Source: Planctomycetota bacterium (GTDB lineage Bacteria > Planctomycetota > Planctomycetia > Pirellulales > Lacipirellulaceae). Taken from it: DNA of 24,412 nt. Shown here one piece after another: positions 15,642-24,412 of the stretch (positions are counted from its first letter, which is position 1; every line of letters starts with the position of its first letter). A program made the position numbers and the translations under genes. The DNA is taken from contig JBCCXZ010000058.1 of the NCBI GenBank assembly GCA_039190745.1, forward strand, positions 1-24,412, in the 5' to 3' direction. A model generated the notes under the pieces. It saw only the letters and a list, made by a program, of their open reading frames with translations. It had not been told where the DNA came from and did not search any database.

Positions 15642-16277
15642 CTAGGCGAACAGCGCCCGCAGCACGATCTGCGACCAGCTCTCGAAGCCGTCGATTTCTG
15701 CGAGCAGCTCCGCAGCAGGGCGGAACCCGGCGTCGGCAATGTCTTCCTCACGCGGCCGCACGCACGGCGACGGAAGGTCGAATACGTGTACCACGCCCAG
15801 GTGGACGCGGCCGACCTCCGTTTCGTCGTCGTTGATCATGCCGACGCACGACTCGGTGTACTCGCAGTCGATGTGGACCTCTTCCTCGAGTTCCCGCTCC
15901 AGACCGCGGCGGTAGACGTCGCCCTGCTGCTCGGATTCGGCGTCAACCGAAGAAATGTGCCCGCCAACGCCGACGCTGCGTTTGGCGTGCAGCCGTTTCT
16001 CGCCCTGACCGCCGCCGCGGGTGTACTGGAAGAGGTGCGGCGTGCCGGCTTCGTCGGTGAAGCGGAACACGACGTAGGGGATCAGCTGCTTGAAGCTGGG
16101 GTCGGCCTCCATGGCGCCGCGGGGGCGGTAGCCGAGGTCTTCGTTCGCCAGTAGCGGGCCGACGTAACGCTCCGTGTCGGGGCAGAAGCCTTGGAAGTGC
16201 CCGAGCTCGTGGAAGGCCTCGGTGGGCACGACGAGGACTAGCTCTTCGGCGACTGTATCTTCCGTAACCGTCGACAT
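15642..16277 (-). CDS. Nudix-family predicted phosphoesterase (YmaB-like)
   Basis: R..ME.DPSFKQLIPY, Y.R..G.GEKRLH.K.S.GVGGHI, variant Nudix box GLERELEEEV, G.INDD..EVGRVHLG, FESWS. Confidence 0.82.
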   Translation of the reverse strand: MSTVTEDTVAEELVLVVPTEAFHELGHFQGFCPDTERYVGPLLANEDLGYRPRGAMEADPSFKQLIPYVVFRFTDEAGTPHLFQYTRGGGQGEKRLHAKRSVGVGGHISSVDAESEQQGDVYRRGLERELEEEVHIDCEYTESCVGMINDDETEVGRVHLGVVHVFDLPSPCVRPREEDIADAGFRPAAELLAEIDGFESWSQIVLRALFA

Positions 16278-16322
16278 GGCGACTCCCTTCGGTGTGCGTG
16301 CTAGCTTGATCCGTCAGGCCGG

Positions 16323-16331
16323 ATTGTAGCA
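16323..16331 (-). promoter_or_regulatory. Putative extended -10 promoter (TGCTACAAT) for the Nudix gene
   Basis: Minus strand TGCTACAAT lies about 45 nt upstream of the ATG; AAGGGAG RBS precedes the start. Confidence 0.55.
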
Positions 16332-16360
16332 CGCCGCCGCCGGTCCGCGAACCAGCCGCG

Positions 16361-19300
16361 TTAGTCCTCGATCCGCACGTTCTGGTTGGCCGAATTGCCC
16401 GCCAGCCGGGGGGCGTACATCGCCGAGATGCTGGTCGGCATGGCCGAGAACGCGCCCGGGGTCTCGGCACGCAGGCGGTAAGTGACCGAGTGCCGCCCCC
16501 GCGGCATCCGCGTCGCGTACAGGTTCACGCGGTCGTCGCGGTACTCGACGTAGGCGCCGAGCTGGTTGCCGTTGTAGCCGCTGCGGACCTCCACCGGCTC
16601 GAACCCGGCTGCCTTGCGGTCTTCCAGCAGGATGTACTCGTAGTCGTTCTTGCTCTCGATGGTCAGCTCGACCTCCACGAGGTCGCCGCTGACCAGCTGC
16701 TCCCGGTCGGTGATCGCGATCCGCCGCTCGCCGTCCTCAGTCTGCTCGACGACATCGCCGCGGCTGCCGGGGACCGTGCCGATCTTCGCGTCCCGCACCA
16801 CGCGGTAGTAGCGTCGCTTGACTTGCAGCTCCAACCCGGCAGGCTCGATGTCGGCCTCGGTAGTGAAGTTCGTGAGGTACCCGCTGTAGTACAGCGGCGA
16901 CGTGCCCGTCTTGCGAATTTCCACCGTGTGCGGCCCCGCCGGCAGTTCCTCTGCTCCGAGCATCAGCCGATGCTCTCCGGACAGCAGGTTGCTCGAATCG
17001 ATCGAAACGCTCTGCCGCCTTTCGCCGTCGACCCACACTTCCACTTCGGCCGTGGGCTGATCTTCCCCACTGGCCCGCAGATAGTCGGCCATCGCCTCGA
17101 CGACCATCGCCGTGTCGCGGGTGCTCTTCCAGTACGCGGCGTTCTTGCGGTTGTTCACGAGGTACTTCACCAACCGCGAGGCGAGCTCGTCCTCCCCGCC
17201 GGCGGCCACCAGCAACTTGAGCATCATCGCGTGCGTCTCGATATCGTCGCCGTACCAGTACCACCAGTACCCGCCGGGGATCTCTAACCAAGCAGTTTGG
17301 TTGGAATCGTCTTGCTGAACGAACTGCATGAGGTTGCGGAGTACAGCGTCGTGCTTGGATTGGTCGTCAACTTTCTCTAGAGCCAGGCCGAACGCCGCCA
17401 GGCCGTAGGGCGAAAGACGCGTGCGATCGCGGAACAGCAGCTGGGTCATCTCCGACGTCTGCACGTCGGCCTCGGCCAAAACGAGCATCGTCAGCGCGTC
17501 TTGGTTGTCTGCGTGCTCCTTAACCGGCAGGCCCTTGTTCTTGGGCAGCTCGCGGTGCGGCCACCGCTGGAGCATCTCTATTTGCAGCTGCTGATGGCCG
17601 GCGAGCCACTCAGCTCCGCGGCGGAGCATCTGCTTGGGCACGACCACGCCGGACGCTTCAGCCAACAGTAACCCACGTACGACTACGGCCGTAGTGTGGG
17701 GGCTGCTCCGCTCGCCCCAGCCGCTGAACCACCCCCACCCGCCGTCGGAGAGCTGCATCGACTCGAGCCGTTCCAGCCCAGCCGCGACGATCGCGTCCAG
17801 TTCGGCGTCGCTGCGCACCGGCGCCCGCTCGGGCGGCGCGGCGCCGTGGTCTTCTGGGCCGTGCTCCTCGGGAAAGGCCCCGCCTTCGGCCGGCCGGATA
17901 TCCGATAGCGAGAGGCCTATGTTCTTGAGCGTCTGCCGGCAGATCACCGCTGGCAGAAACCGATTGAGGGTCTGCTCGGTGCAGCCATGCGGGTAGTCGA
18001 TCAGGTAGGGCAGGGTGTCGAGCATCGTCGTAGCGAGGCTCGGCGTGTAGACGATCTCAAGCTTGGTTTCTTCTGGCCGTCGGTCTTCGGGCACGTCGAC
18101 GACAAACTTCGCTGAGTCTTCTCCGGGCCGGATGACGCCGGTGTACGACTCGGTTTGCAGAACGCCGCGGACGTGGATTGGCAGCTCCACCTGCATGCCG
18201 TCGGATTCGTCTTCGCCCTGTGCGGAGACAGAAACCGTAAGGTCGCCCTCGGCCAACGCCGAAACGCGCCAATCGATCCGCCGCTCGCCGCCGGCCTCGA
18301 TCGTGACGGTCCGCTCGGGGTCGTCGGCGTGGCTCAACAAGTCGCTGGGCGCCGTGAGCCGCACCACGACACGCTGGTCGCTCGGCAGGTAGTTGTGGAC
18401 GTTGGCGGAGAGGACCGCCTCGTCGCCCTCGACCAAGAACCGAGGCGTCTGCAAGCGGACGACGAGGTTCTTCCGCGTGACGATGGTCGCCGTCCCCTCG
18501 CCCACGCGGGTGCCTTGCCCCATCGCCCACACTCGGGCCTTCCATTCGGTGAGGTTCTCCGGCATCGGGCATTCAAACGTCGCCATGCCGTCGGCGTCGG
18601 TCTCCAGCGTGCCGACCCACAGCGCAAGGTCAGCCAGATTCTTCCGGAGGTAGACCTGCGGCGATGATGGATCCGCGACGACGGAGTCTACCGCAGCAGA
18701 TGCGAGAGGTTGCCCCAAGGCGGATGCCTCAGTTGCTGCGAAGGACGCCCTTGCTGCAAACTCACCGCCACCGTAACCGCCGCGGGACAACTGACCCTTC
18801 GGGACTCTTGTGTTGACGTGGCCGAAGACGCCTACCTCACGCATGACGGGGTCTCCTGGATTGCCGGCCGGGTAGCCGATCCGATCGAGATTCGAGTGCG
18901 TGTAAGGGCGGTGATCGCGTCGCCACTTCCAGAAGAACTCACGGATGTCCGCCACGTTGCTGCCGCCAGAGATGTACTCCAGCGACCGGTCATAAACGCT
19001 CGCGCACAGCGAACCGACGAAAGGCTCGCCCGCGGCGTCCGTAACCCGCACTTGCAGGCTAGCTTCTTGCCCGGGCAGGTAGGCGTCCGCCGACGGGGCC
19101 ACTTCGACATTCAGCAGCCGATCTGCGGGCGGCACAAACAACTCTCGCACCACCGCGTGCGGCTTTCCCGAGTGTACGGCGACCGCCTCGACGAAGAGGT
19201 TCGGCAGGTCGGTCTGTTTGATCTCAATCGGGACGATGGCCGTCTTCCCTTTCAGCCGCAGAACCCTCGGAGGGCCGTAGAGGCCCGACTCGGGCCGGAC

Positions 19301-22300
19301 GAACAGCAGCACCGCCGCGTCGGGCCGGTTGCAGTTGATCTGCAGCTGGGCCGTCTCGCCGGGGGCGTAGTGCCGCTTGTCGGGGATCAACTCCAGGGCG
19401 TCGTAGCGGAAGCTGGCGTTGTCGCTGTCGGGCCCCGGCTTCGAGAGACCAAGCACGGAGAGGAAGTGGCCGCCCTCGACGGTGCGTTCTTGCTTGTCGG
19501 TCGTCTCGTAAGCCAATCGATACTGACCCGCCTGGGCGGCGCGGATGTCGAGCTGGGCGAGGCCCTCTTCGTCGGTCGCCAAGTCCCAGCCCCCGACCTC
19601 CACCTCCCGGGGCCGGTCGTCGTCGTACTCGATGCGCAACAGACGCAGCCGGCCGCTGGCTTCGACCGCGGCGCCCGAAGCCGCGCGGGCCGCGACGTTG
19701 GCCTTCAGCGTATCGCCGGCCTGGTAGTGCCCCCTGTCGGACCAGACGTAAACCCGGAACGGCTCCCGCGAAGCGATCACCCCGCCGCCGCCGGTCACCG
19801 TGCGGCGTGAGCGGTCGACCACCTCGGCCTCGATCCGGTAGCGGTGGTCCTGGTCCGGGTGCGCGTCCTTCGCCGGTGCTGTGTCGATCACGACTTGGAC
19901 TGTGCCGTCGTGGCCGATCTTGGTTTCCTGCTCCGCCACCAACTCCGGCGGCGGGTTCGGCCGCCACCCCCAACTGGGCTGCGGGCCGAAGCACCCCCAA
20001 CGGGACCGGCCCGGGTACCACAGCCGCTCCGGCGTGGTCCACCAGTGGCCCGGCCCGTAGAGCCAATCCCACGGCGACGGCGGGTACCACGACTGCTCCA
20101 TTGCGTACCGGTACACCTTGTATTTGACGGTCGCCTCGGTCACCGGTGACCCGTAGTAGTAGCGTGCTGAAATCTTCGCCGTGATCTTGCCGCCCAGCGG
20201 CGTCGGCTCGCCCGGTGTTTCCACCGTCACCTCGTACTCCGGCTTCTTGTACTCTTCGACGCGGAACGACCCCCCGCCGTGGTTGACGACGTTCACCCGG
20301 TAGACGCCCAGCCGCGCGTCGTCGGGCACCGTCCACGCGGCCTCGAGCCCGCCGTAGGCGTCCGCCACCAGCCGCTGCTTCAGCACGACGTCGCCCGTGG
20401 GGTTGCGCACCTCGACATTAAACGTCTGCCCGGCGAACCGGCTGGTTTCGTCCAAGTCGAACGCCGCGGCGCGGACCCAGAACTTCAGCTGCGCTTTCTG
20501 CCTCGGGCGGTAGACGGGCCTGTCGGTAATCGTAAAGACCTTCACTTGCCGGTAGGCGGAGTCGCGTCGCCCGCCGTAACCGTAGCCGTACCACATCCGG
20601 CCAAATCCCAGATAAGCCATCCGGCCGCTGTCGTCGGCAGCCGTAGCCATCCACTGGTAGGGCTGCTCTTCGTCACGCACCTCAAGCTCAGCGAGCCCCT
20701 CGGCCGAGGTCGTCGCGGTGCGTGTGGCGGTGTCGATCTCGTAGCGGTTCTCGTCGCCCGACTGCCGCTGGCGGAAGCCGAAGAAGTCGAGCTTCACCCC
20801 GGCAAGCGGCTCCCCCGTGGTCGCGTCGGCCACGTAGAAGAGCGACTTACCCGCCGCTGGTTTTTCAACAAGCGCCGTGTCCTGCACCCAAATCACAACG
20901 TGCGTCGTGTTGCCGTCGGCGACGTTGGCCGTGACCAGGTAAGCCCCGGCGTCCTTCAGCGGCGTCGTGATCACCACACGCGCCGATTGGTGGTCCTCGG
21001 GCGGCTCGAGATCGAGGCTCCAACGAGCGGCTTCCTCGCCGAGGTACTTCTCTTCGCCTTGGACGACGAGTCGGTAGCCGAGGTTCTCGATCTCCAGCTT
21101 TTGGCGGTCGAGCTTGGGCGGTTGGCTTTCCAGGTAGCCCCGCACGTCTGCCAGCAGCTTTGTCGTGTCAATCCGGCGGGCGATCAGCTCCACGCGGCGG
21201 GCGTTGCAGTACCGAAAGAACACTTCCGCACCCGCATCTCCGTCCTGGGTGGGGGCGGGCTCGAACTGCCCCCAATTCCCGACGATCTGATCGAGTCGCT
21301 CCTGGGCATTCGGATCCTGAACTAACTCAACCACCGTCCGCCAGCAGTTCGCCGCCTTCGGCAGTTGCCGGCGGTTCTCGTAAACCGTCGCAAGCTCCCG
21401 CGCGGCCTCGGCAGCAAGGCGCTTGTTGTCTTGCTGCTGGGCTCGCTGCATCACGCCGTGCAGCAATAGAACGTGGTTGTGTTCCTCGGGCAGGTCAAAC
21501 TTGCGGACCCCGGTCGCCAGCCGTGCGATGGTCTCCCGGTCGTCGAGCTCGTCGAGCTTGCGAATGCTCGCAAAGCGGTCCTCGTCGCCGGGTTGCCGAT
21601 TCCACGGTCCACGGAAACGGTCGATCGTCTCGACCCCGAACTGCGCACGCAAGAAGCGGGCTCGGTCGAGCAACAACCGCTCACCCCCCGAAGGATTGCG
21701 TCGCACCCCCTCGGCCAGAACCCACCGCCAACGCTCGCCGTCATTCGCCGCGGCGTCCCACGAGTCCGGGACGCCGAACAGCACCGGGTCGCCCTGTTCG
21801 TCGACCGGGGCGCCCTGCGGCTCAGTGCGGTTGTTGTGCCAGCCCTCGGCAACCTTTGGCAAAGTCCCGAGGTCGGTAAGCTCCTGCATCCGCCAAAGCG
21901 GGCCGTTGCTCCAGCGGTCGTAGGCGAAGACGGCCGCCCACGCTTGGAAGAAGCCGGTGGTTTCTTCCGCAGAGCCCATTGAAGCCAGGGTCTCGTAGGC
22001 TTCGCGGTACAACCGAAGCGCCCGGACCCGGTCGCGGGCGATCGTGTTCGCGGCGGCGCCGCGGTCGCGGCGTCGGGTGCCGCGGCGGTACTCGCCGTCG
22101 ATCAAAAAGCCCCGGTGCTCAGCCCCTAGCATTGCCTCAGCGAGTGCCTGCTGGGTCTTCCAACTCTCTTTGGCGTTCACGGTGAGCGTCTCGACCAGTT
22201 CGTCGAACTCGTGAGCGAGGTTCAGCCGGCCGAGGCACTCGGCGGCGCGGCTCAGCTGCGGACCGACGTTTGCATTGCGTTCGACCGGTTGGGAGAACAG

Positions 22301-22465
22301 CTTGCGGTAGACGTCCAACGCCTCGCGGTAGTTGCCATCCTCGAAGAGCCGGTCGGCCTCTGCGGCGCGATCCTTGTCCGGTGCCGCGGCGAGCGACAAA
22401 GCCGCCAACGCGGCAAAGATAAGACCGCACCAGAGCGCGGGATTGCGGTGTGGATCGTGCTGCAT
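16361..22465 (-). CDS. Bacterial alpha-2-macroglobulin family protein (~2034 aa)
   Basis: TDRPVYRP, FRVEEYKKPEYEV, MPENLTEW, PRFLVEGD, thioester motif YPHGCTEQ (CTEQ at 17972-17983), Q.SDGGWGWF, W.STRDTA, GDLVEVEL and AMYAP. Probable start ATG 22465 followed by a signal peptide; the ORF-track extension to 22723 is not protein-like. Confidence 0.95.
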   Translation of the reverse strand: MQHDPHRNPALWCGLIFAALAALSLAAAPDKDRAAEADRLFEDGNYREALDVYRKLFSQPVERNANVGPQLSRAAECLGRLNLAHEFDELVETLTVNAKESWKTQQALAEAMLGAEHRGFLIDGEYRRGTRRRDRGAAANTIARDRVRALRLYREAYETLASMGSAEETTGFFQAWAAVFAYDRWSNGPLWRMQELTDLGTLPKVAEGWHNNRTEPQGAPVDEQGDPVLFGVPDSWDAAANDGERWRWVLAEGVRRNPSGGERLLLDRARFLRAQFGVETIDRFRGPWNRQPGDEDRFASIRKLDELDDRETIARLATGVRKFDLPEEHNHVLLLHGVMQRAQQQDNKRLAAEAARELATVYENRRQLPKAANCWRTVVELVQDPNAQERLDQIVGNWGQFEPAPTQDGDAGAEVFFRYCNARRVELIARRIDTTKLLADVRGYLESQPPKLDRQKLEIENLGYRLVVQGEEKYLGEEAARWSLDLEPPEDHQSARVVITTPLKDAGAYLVTANVADGNTTHVVIWVQDTALVEKPAAGKSLFYVADATTGEPLAGVKLDFFGFRQRQSGDENRYEIDTATRTATTSAEGLAELEVRDEEQPYQWMATAADDSGRMAYLGFGRMWYGYGYGGRRDSAYRQVKVFTITDRPVYRPRQKAQLKFWVRAAAFDLDETSRFAGQTFNVEVRNPTGDVVLKQRLVADAYGGLEAAWTVPDDARLGVYRVNVVNHGGGSFRVEEYKKPEYEVTVETPGEPTPLGGKITAKISARYYYGSPVTEATVKYKVYRYAMEQSWYPPSPWDWLYGPGHWWTTPERLWYPGRSRWGCFGPQPSWGWRPNPPPELVAEQETKIGHDGTVQVVIDTAPAKDAHPDQDHRYRIEAEVVDRSRRTVTGGGGVIASREPFRVYVWSDRGHYQAGDTLKANVAARAASGAAVEASGRLRLLRIEYDDDRPREVEVGGWDLATDEEGLAQLDIRAAQAGQYRLAYETTDKQERTVEGGHFLSVLGLSKPGPDSDNASFRYDALELIPDKRHYAPGETAQLQINCNRPDAAVLLFVRPESGLYGPPRVLRLKGKTAIVPIEIKQTDLPNLFVEAVAVHSGKPHAVVRELFVPPADRLLNVEVAPSADAYLPGQEASLQVRVTDAAGEPFVGSLCASVYDRSLEYISGGSNVADIREFFWKWRRDHRPYTHSNLDRIGYPAGNPGDPVMREVGVFGHVNTRVPKGQLSRGGYGGGEFAARASFAATEASALGQPLASAAVDSVVADPSSPQVYLRKNLADLALWVGTLETDADGMATFECPMPENLTEWKARVWAMGQGTRVGEGTATIVTRKNLVVRLQTPRFLVEGDEAVLSANVHNYLPSDQRVVVRLTAPSDLLSHADDPERTVTIEAGGERRIDWRVSALAEGDLTVSVSAQGEDESDGMQVELPIHVRGVLQTESYTGVIRPGEDSAKFVVDVPEDRRPEETKLEIVYTPSLATTMLDTLPYLIDYPHGCTEQTLNRFLPAVICRQTLKNIGLSLSDIRPAEGGAFPEEHGPEDHGAAPPERAPVRSDAELDAIVAAGLERLESMQLSDGGWGWFSGWGERSSPHTTAVVVRGLLLAEASGVVVPKQMLRRGAEWLAGHQQLQIEMLQRWPHRELPKNKGLPVKEHADNQDALTMLVLAEADVQTSEMTQLLFRDRTRLSPYGLAAFGLALEKVDDQSKHDAVLRNLMQFVQQDDSNQTAWLEIPGGYWWYWYGDDIETHAMMLKLLVAAGGEDELASRLVKYLVNNRKNAAYWKSTRDTAMVVEAMADYLRASGEDQPTAEVEVWVDGERRQSVSIDSSNLLSGEHRLMLGAEELPAGPHTVEIRKTGTSPLYYSGYLTNFTTEADIEPAGLELQVKRRYYRVVRDAKIGTVPGSRGDVVEQTEDGERRIAITDREQLVSGDLVEVELTIESKNDYEYILLEDRKAAGFEPVEVRSGYNGNQLGAYVEYRDDRVNLYATRMPRGRHSVTYRLRAETPGAFSAMPTSISAMYAPRLAGNSANQNVRIED

Positions 22466-22779
22466 GCCTCTTGCCTTCCGTCGGCGTCCGGGGCGTACCG
22501 TGCTATTGGCGCCCGCTCTGTTCCCGCGGCAGTTGTACGCCATCCGCGGGGCCGGGGTCCAGGCGAACGCTCCGCCCAGGGCCCCTGCCTGTGCGTTCCG
22601 GATAGTGCGGTTCCAACGGTACTGACAGGCGTCGCACGACCGCTGAAAGGCCCCCCATCTCCACAGTGCCCGAGGCCTGCGAAAGGGTGTTGTGTTTTCG
22701 CCACAAACACTGCGTAGCCGCACGGGCGGTCGTAGAGTGGAACTGATCTTCCGACAGCACTCACGCCGCCAGGTAGACC

Positions 22780-24195
22780 GTGTCGAGCCAAGCCCCCTTC
22801 CGGATCCGCACCCACCGATCCCTCGTCGACGTGTCTTACCGCGTGATGGACACGCTGGCGGTGGTCGCTTCGGTCACGCTGGTCTCGTGGCAGTCGCCCG
22901 AGCCCGACGCGGTGCACGCCCTCGCGATGGGAGCCGCCACGCTGCTCGTGTTCGCCGTCTCCTCGGAAGTGAGCGGCCTCTACCGGAGCTGGCGCGGCTC
23001 GCGGTTCGCGCTCGAAGCCTGGTGCGTCGGGCTCACGTGGATGTACGCGGCGCCGATCACGCTCGGGCTGGGCCTGCTGACCCGTTTCAACGCGCGGATC
23101 GCCTACGAGTCGAAGTTGGCGTGGTTGGTCGCTACGCCGCTGGTGCTCTTGGCGTTCCGCCTAGTGTTCCGCGAGCTGCTCAAAGTGTTCCGTCGGCGGG
23201 GTTTCAACACACAGCGGTTCGCCGTCTGCGGCATCAACAACCTCGGGCTGCAGTTGGTGAAAAACTTCCGCGAGTCGTCCGAGCTCGGGATGGAGTTCGT
23301 CGGCTACTTCGACGACCGGCCGGTCGACCGCACCGAAGAGGCCACCGGCCAGCAGGCCGACCGTCGGGGCGACCTCGCCGCCGTCGTGCGGGCCGCCCGC
23401 GCCGGGGACATCCAGGTCGTGTTCATCACCTTCCCGATGCGGGCCGAAGAACGCATCCGCGAGTTCCTCCGCGAGCTGGGCGACACCACCGCGTCGGTGT
23501 ACATCGTGCCCGACTTCTTTGTCTTCCAGATGCTGCACGCCCGGTGGAACCAGATCGACGGCCTCCCCGTAGTGAGCGTCTTCGAGACCCCGATCTCCGG
23601 CATCGACGGCGTCGTCAAACGCGGCTTCGACCTCGGCGTGTCGCTCACGCTGCTGGTCTTGCTGGCCGTGCCGATGGCGGTGATCGGGCTCTTAGTCAAA
23701 CGTTCGTCGCCAGGGCCCGTGTTCTACCGACAGAAGCGGTACGGGCTGATGGGCGAAGAGATCCGCGTGTGGAAGTTCCGCTCGATGCGGCAGTGCGACG
23801 ACGGCACGGGCGTCGTCAAACAAGCGACCAAGGACGACGACAGGGTGACCCGCGTCGGTCGGGTGCTGCGGGCCACCTCGCTCGACGAGCTGCCGCAGCT
23901 GTTCAACGTGGTCGAGGGCAGCATGTCGCTGGTAGGCCCGCGGCCCCACGCGACGGCCCACAACGAGCAGTACCGCTCGCTGATCGACGGCTACATGCTG
24001 CGGCACAAAGTGAAGCCGGGCATCACGGGCCTCGCCCAGGTGAACGGCGCCCGCGGTGAAACCGAGACCCTGGACAAGATGCAGCTCCGCGTCGAGTTCG
24101 ACCACCGCTACATCCGCGAGTGGTCCCTCTGGATGGACATCAAAATCCTGCTGCGCACCGCCGCGGTCGTCTTGCGGCAAGAGAACGCCTACTAG
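22780..24195 (+). CDS. wcaJ: Undecaprenyl-phosphate glucose phosphotransferase (WcaJ-like priming transferase)
   Basis: Four N-terminal TM segments, a VGYFDDR domain, KRGFDL plus TM, and catalytic domain GPVFYRQKRYG, KFRSM, DDRVTRVG..LR.TSLDELPQLFNV..GSMSLVGPRP, KPGITGLAQV. Sugar specificity is inferred. Confidence 0.92.
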   Translation: MSSQAPFRIRTHRSLVDVSYRVMDTLAVVASVTLVSWQSPEPDAVHALAMGAATLLVFAVSSEVSGLYRSWRGSRFALEAWCVGLTWMYAAPITLGLGLLTRFNARIAYESKLAWLVATPLVLLAFRLVFRELLKVFRRRGFNTQRFAVCGINNLGLQLVKNFRESSELGMEFVGYFDDRPVDRTEEATGQQADRRGDLAAVVRAARAGDIQVVFITFPMRAEERIREFLRELGDTTASVYIVPDFFVFQMLHARWNQIDGLPVVSVFETPISGIDGVVKRGFDLGVSLTLLVLLAVPMAVIGLLVKRSSPGPVFYRQKRYGLMGEEIRVWKFRSMRQCDDGTGVVKQATKDDDRVTRVGRVLRATSLDELPQLFNVVEGSMSLVGPRPHATAHNEQYRSLIDGYMLRHKVKPGITGLAQVNGARGETETLDKMQLRVEFDHRYIREWSLWMDIKILLRTAAVVLRQENAY

Positions 24196-24341
24196 GCGGA
24201 ATGACGAAGCCCGAATGGGGCTGCGTTTTCGGCTTCTTGGCAGGCAAGGGGCGTTCTTTTCGTGGCATCGGGCGGCTTTTCTTGGGAAGCTGAGGCCCGG
24301 GCGGTGTTCTTTCTGTAAACACGCTTGCCACAGGGAACCTC

Positions 24342-24412
24342 ATGCGGCCGACGATCGGCGCATCTCGGATTGCGGAGCTGATGGATCGGCACGCCGCTGC
24401 GCTGTCGTTCTA
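24342..24412 (+). CDS. Probable ECF RNA polymerase sigma factor (N-terminal fragment, runs off the window)
   Basis: AGGGA RBS, then MRPTIGASRIAELMDRHAAALSF(Y), resembling the start of ECF sigma region 2 (L.DRH...L..YA). Only 23 codons are visible. Confidence 0.55.
   Translation, partial: MRPTIGASRIAELMDRHAAALSF

Noticed and set aside
22466..22723. 86-aa N-terminal extension of the A2M ORF call (similar extensions on cpaA, queA, the 9016 ORF and the TPR gene)
   Set aside because: These result from choosing the most upstream start. Signal peptides, RBS or family motifs begin at the downstream starts used here.
24196..24341. Possible sigma-54 promoter or terminator after wcaJ (TGGCA words, T-runs)
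   Set aside because: No TGGCA has a correctly spaced TTGC, and no strong stem directly precedes the T-runs.
199..24392. Numerous long overlapping or antisense ORFs in the track (e.g. 5596-6945 -, 4311-5348 +, 9746-10693 -, 22692-24059 +)
   Set aside because: Shadow frames of high-GC genes: Arg/Pro/Ala-rich, no family motifs, and overlapping well-supported CDSs.
1..24412. Mobile element, prophage, defence system, tRNA or rRNA genes
   Set aside because: No transposase, integrase, phage, nuclease or structured RNA gene signatures were recognised, and composition looks uniformly high-GC.

Overview
High-GC chromosomal region, most likely from a planctomycete (inferred from the EDGPTAVEY-type Flp pilin, the Cys/Pro-rich secreted proteins and the gene set). 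The first ~10.8 kb (+ strand) is a Tad/Cpa (type IVc, Flp) pilus cluster: prepilin peptidase, cpaB, cpaC secretin, cpaE, cpaF ATPase, tadB, tadC, a secreted Cys-repeat protein of unknown function and a TadD-like TPR lipoprotein. Next come hspQ, rsmH, queA, and a 59-aa Flp pilin gene (13422-13601, minus) that the ORF track missed. A minus-strand run follows (alpha-2-macroglobulin with a CTEQ thioester motif, Nudix-family protein, IscS-like cysteine desulfurase, IscA/HesB). The window ends with a WcaJ-like priming sugar transferase and the start of a probable ECF sigma factor. Non-coding features are two related 71-bp REP-doublet (REPIN-like) elements, an 18-bp tandem repeat, an intrinsic terminator and two extended -10 promoters, one overlapped by a palindrome. 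The best candidate for new biology is the non-canonical outer-membrane module of the Tad system: a secretin with a Cys/Pro-rich tail, the (GCxS)n secreted protein in a CpaD-like role, and the TPR lipoprotein, together with a detached pilin predicted to start with proline. All family calls come from motif recognition by eye; no database searches were run.
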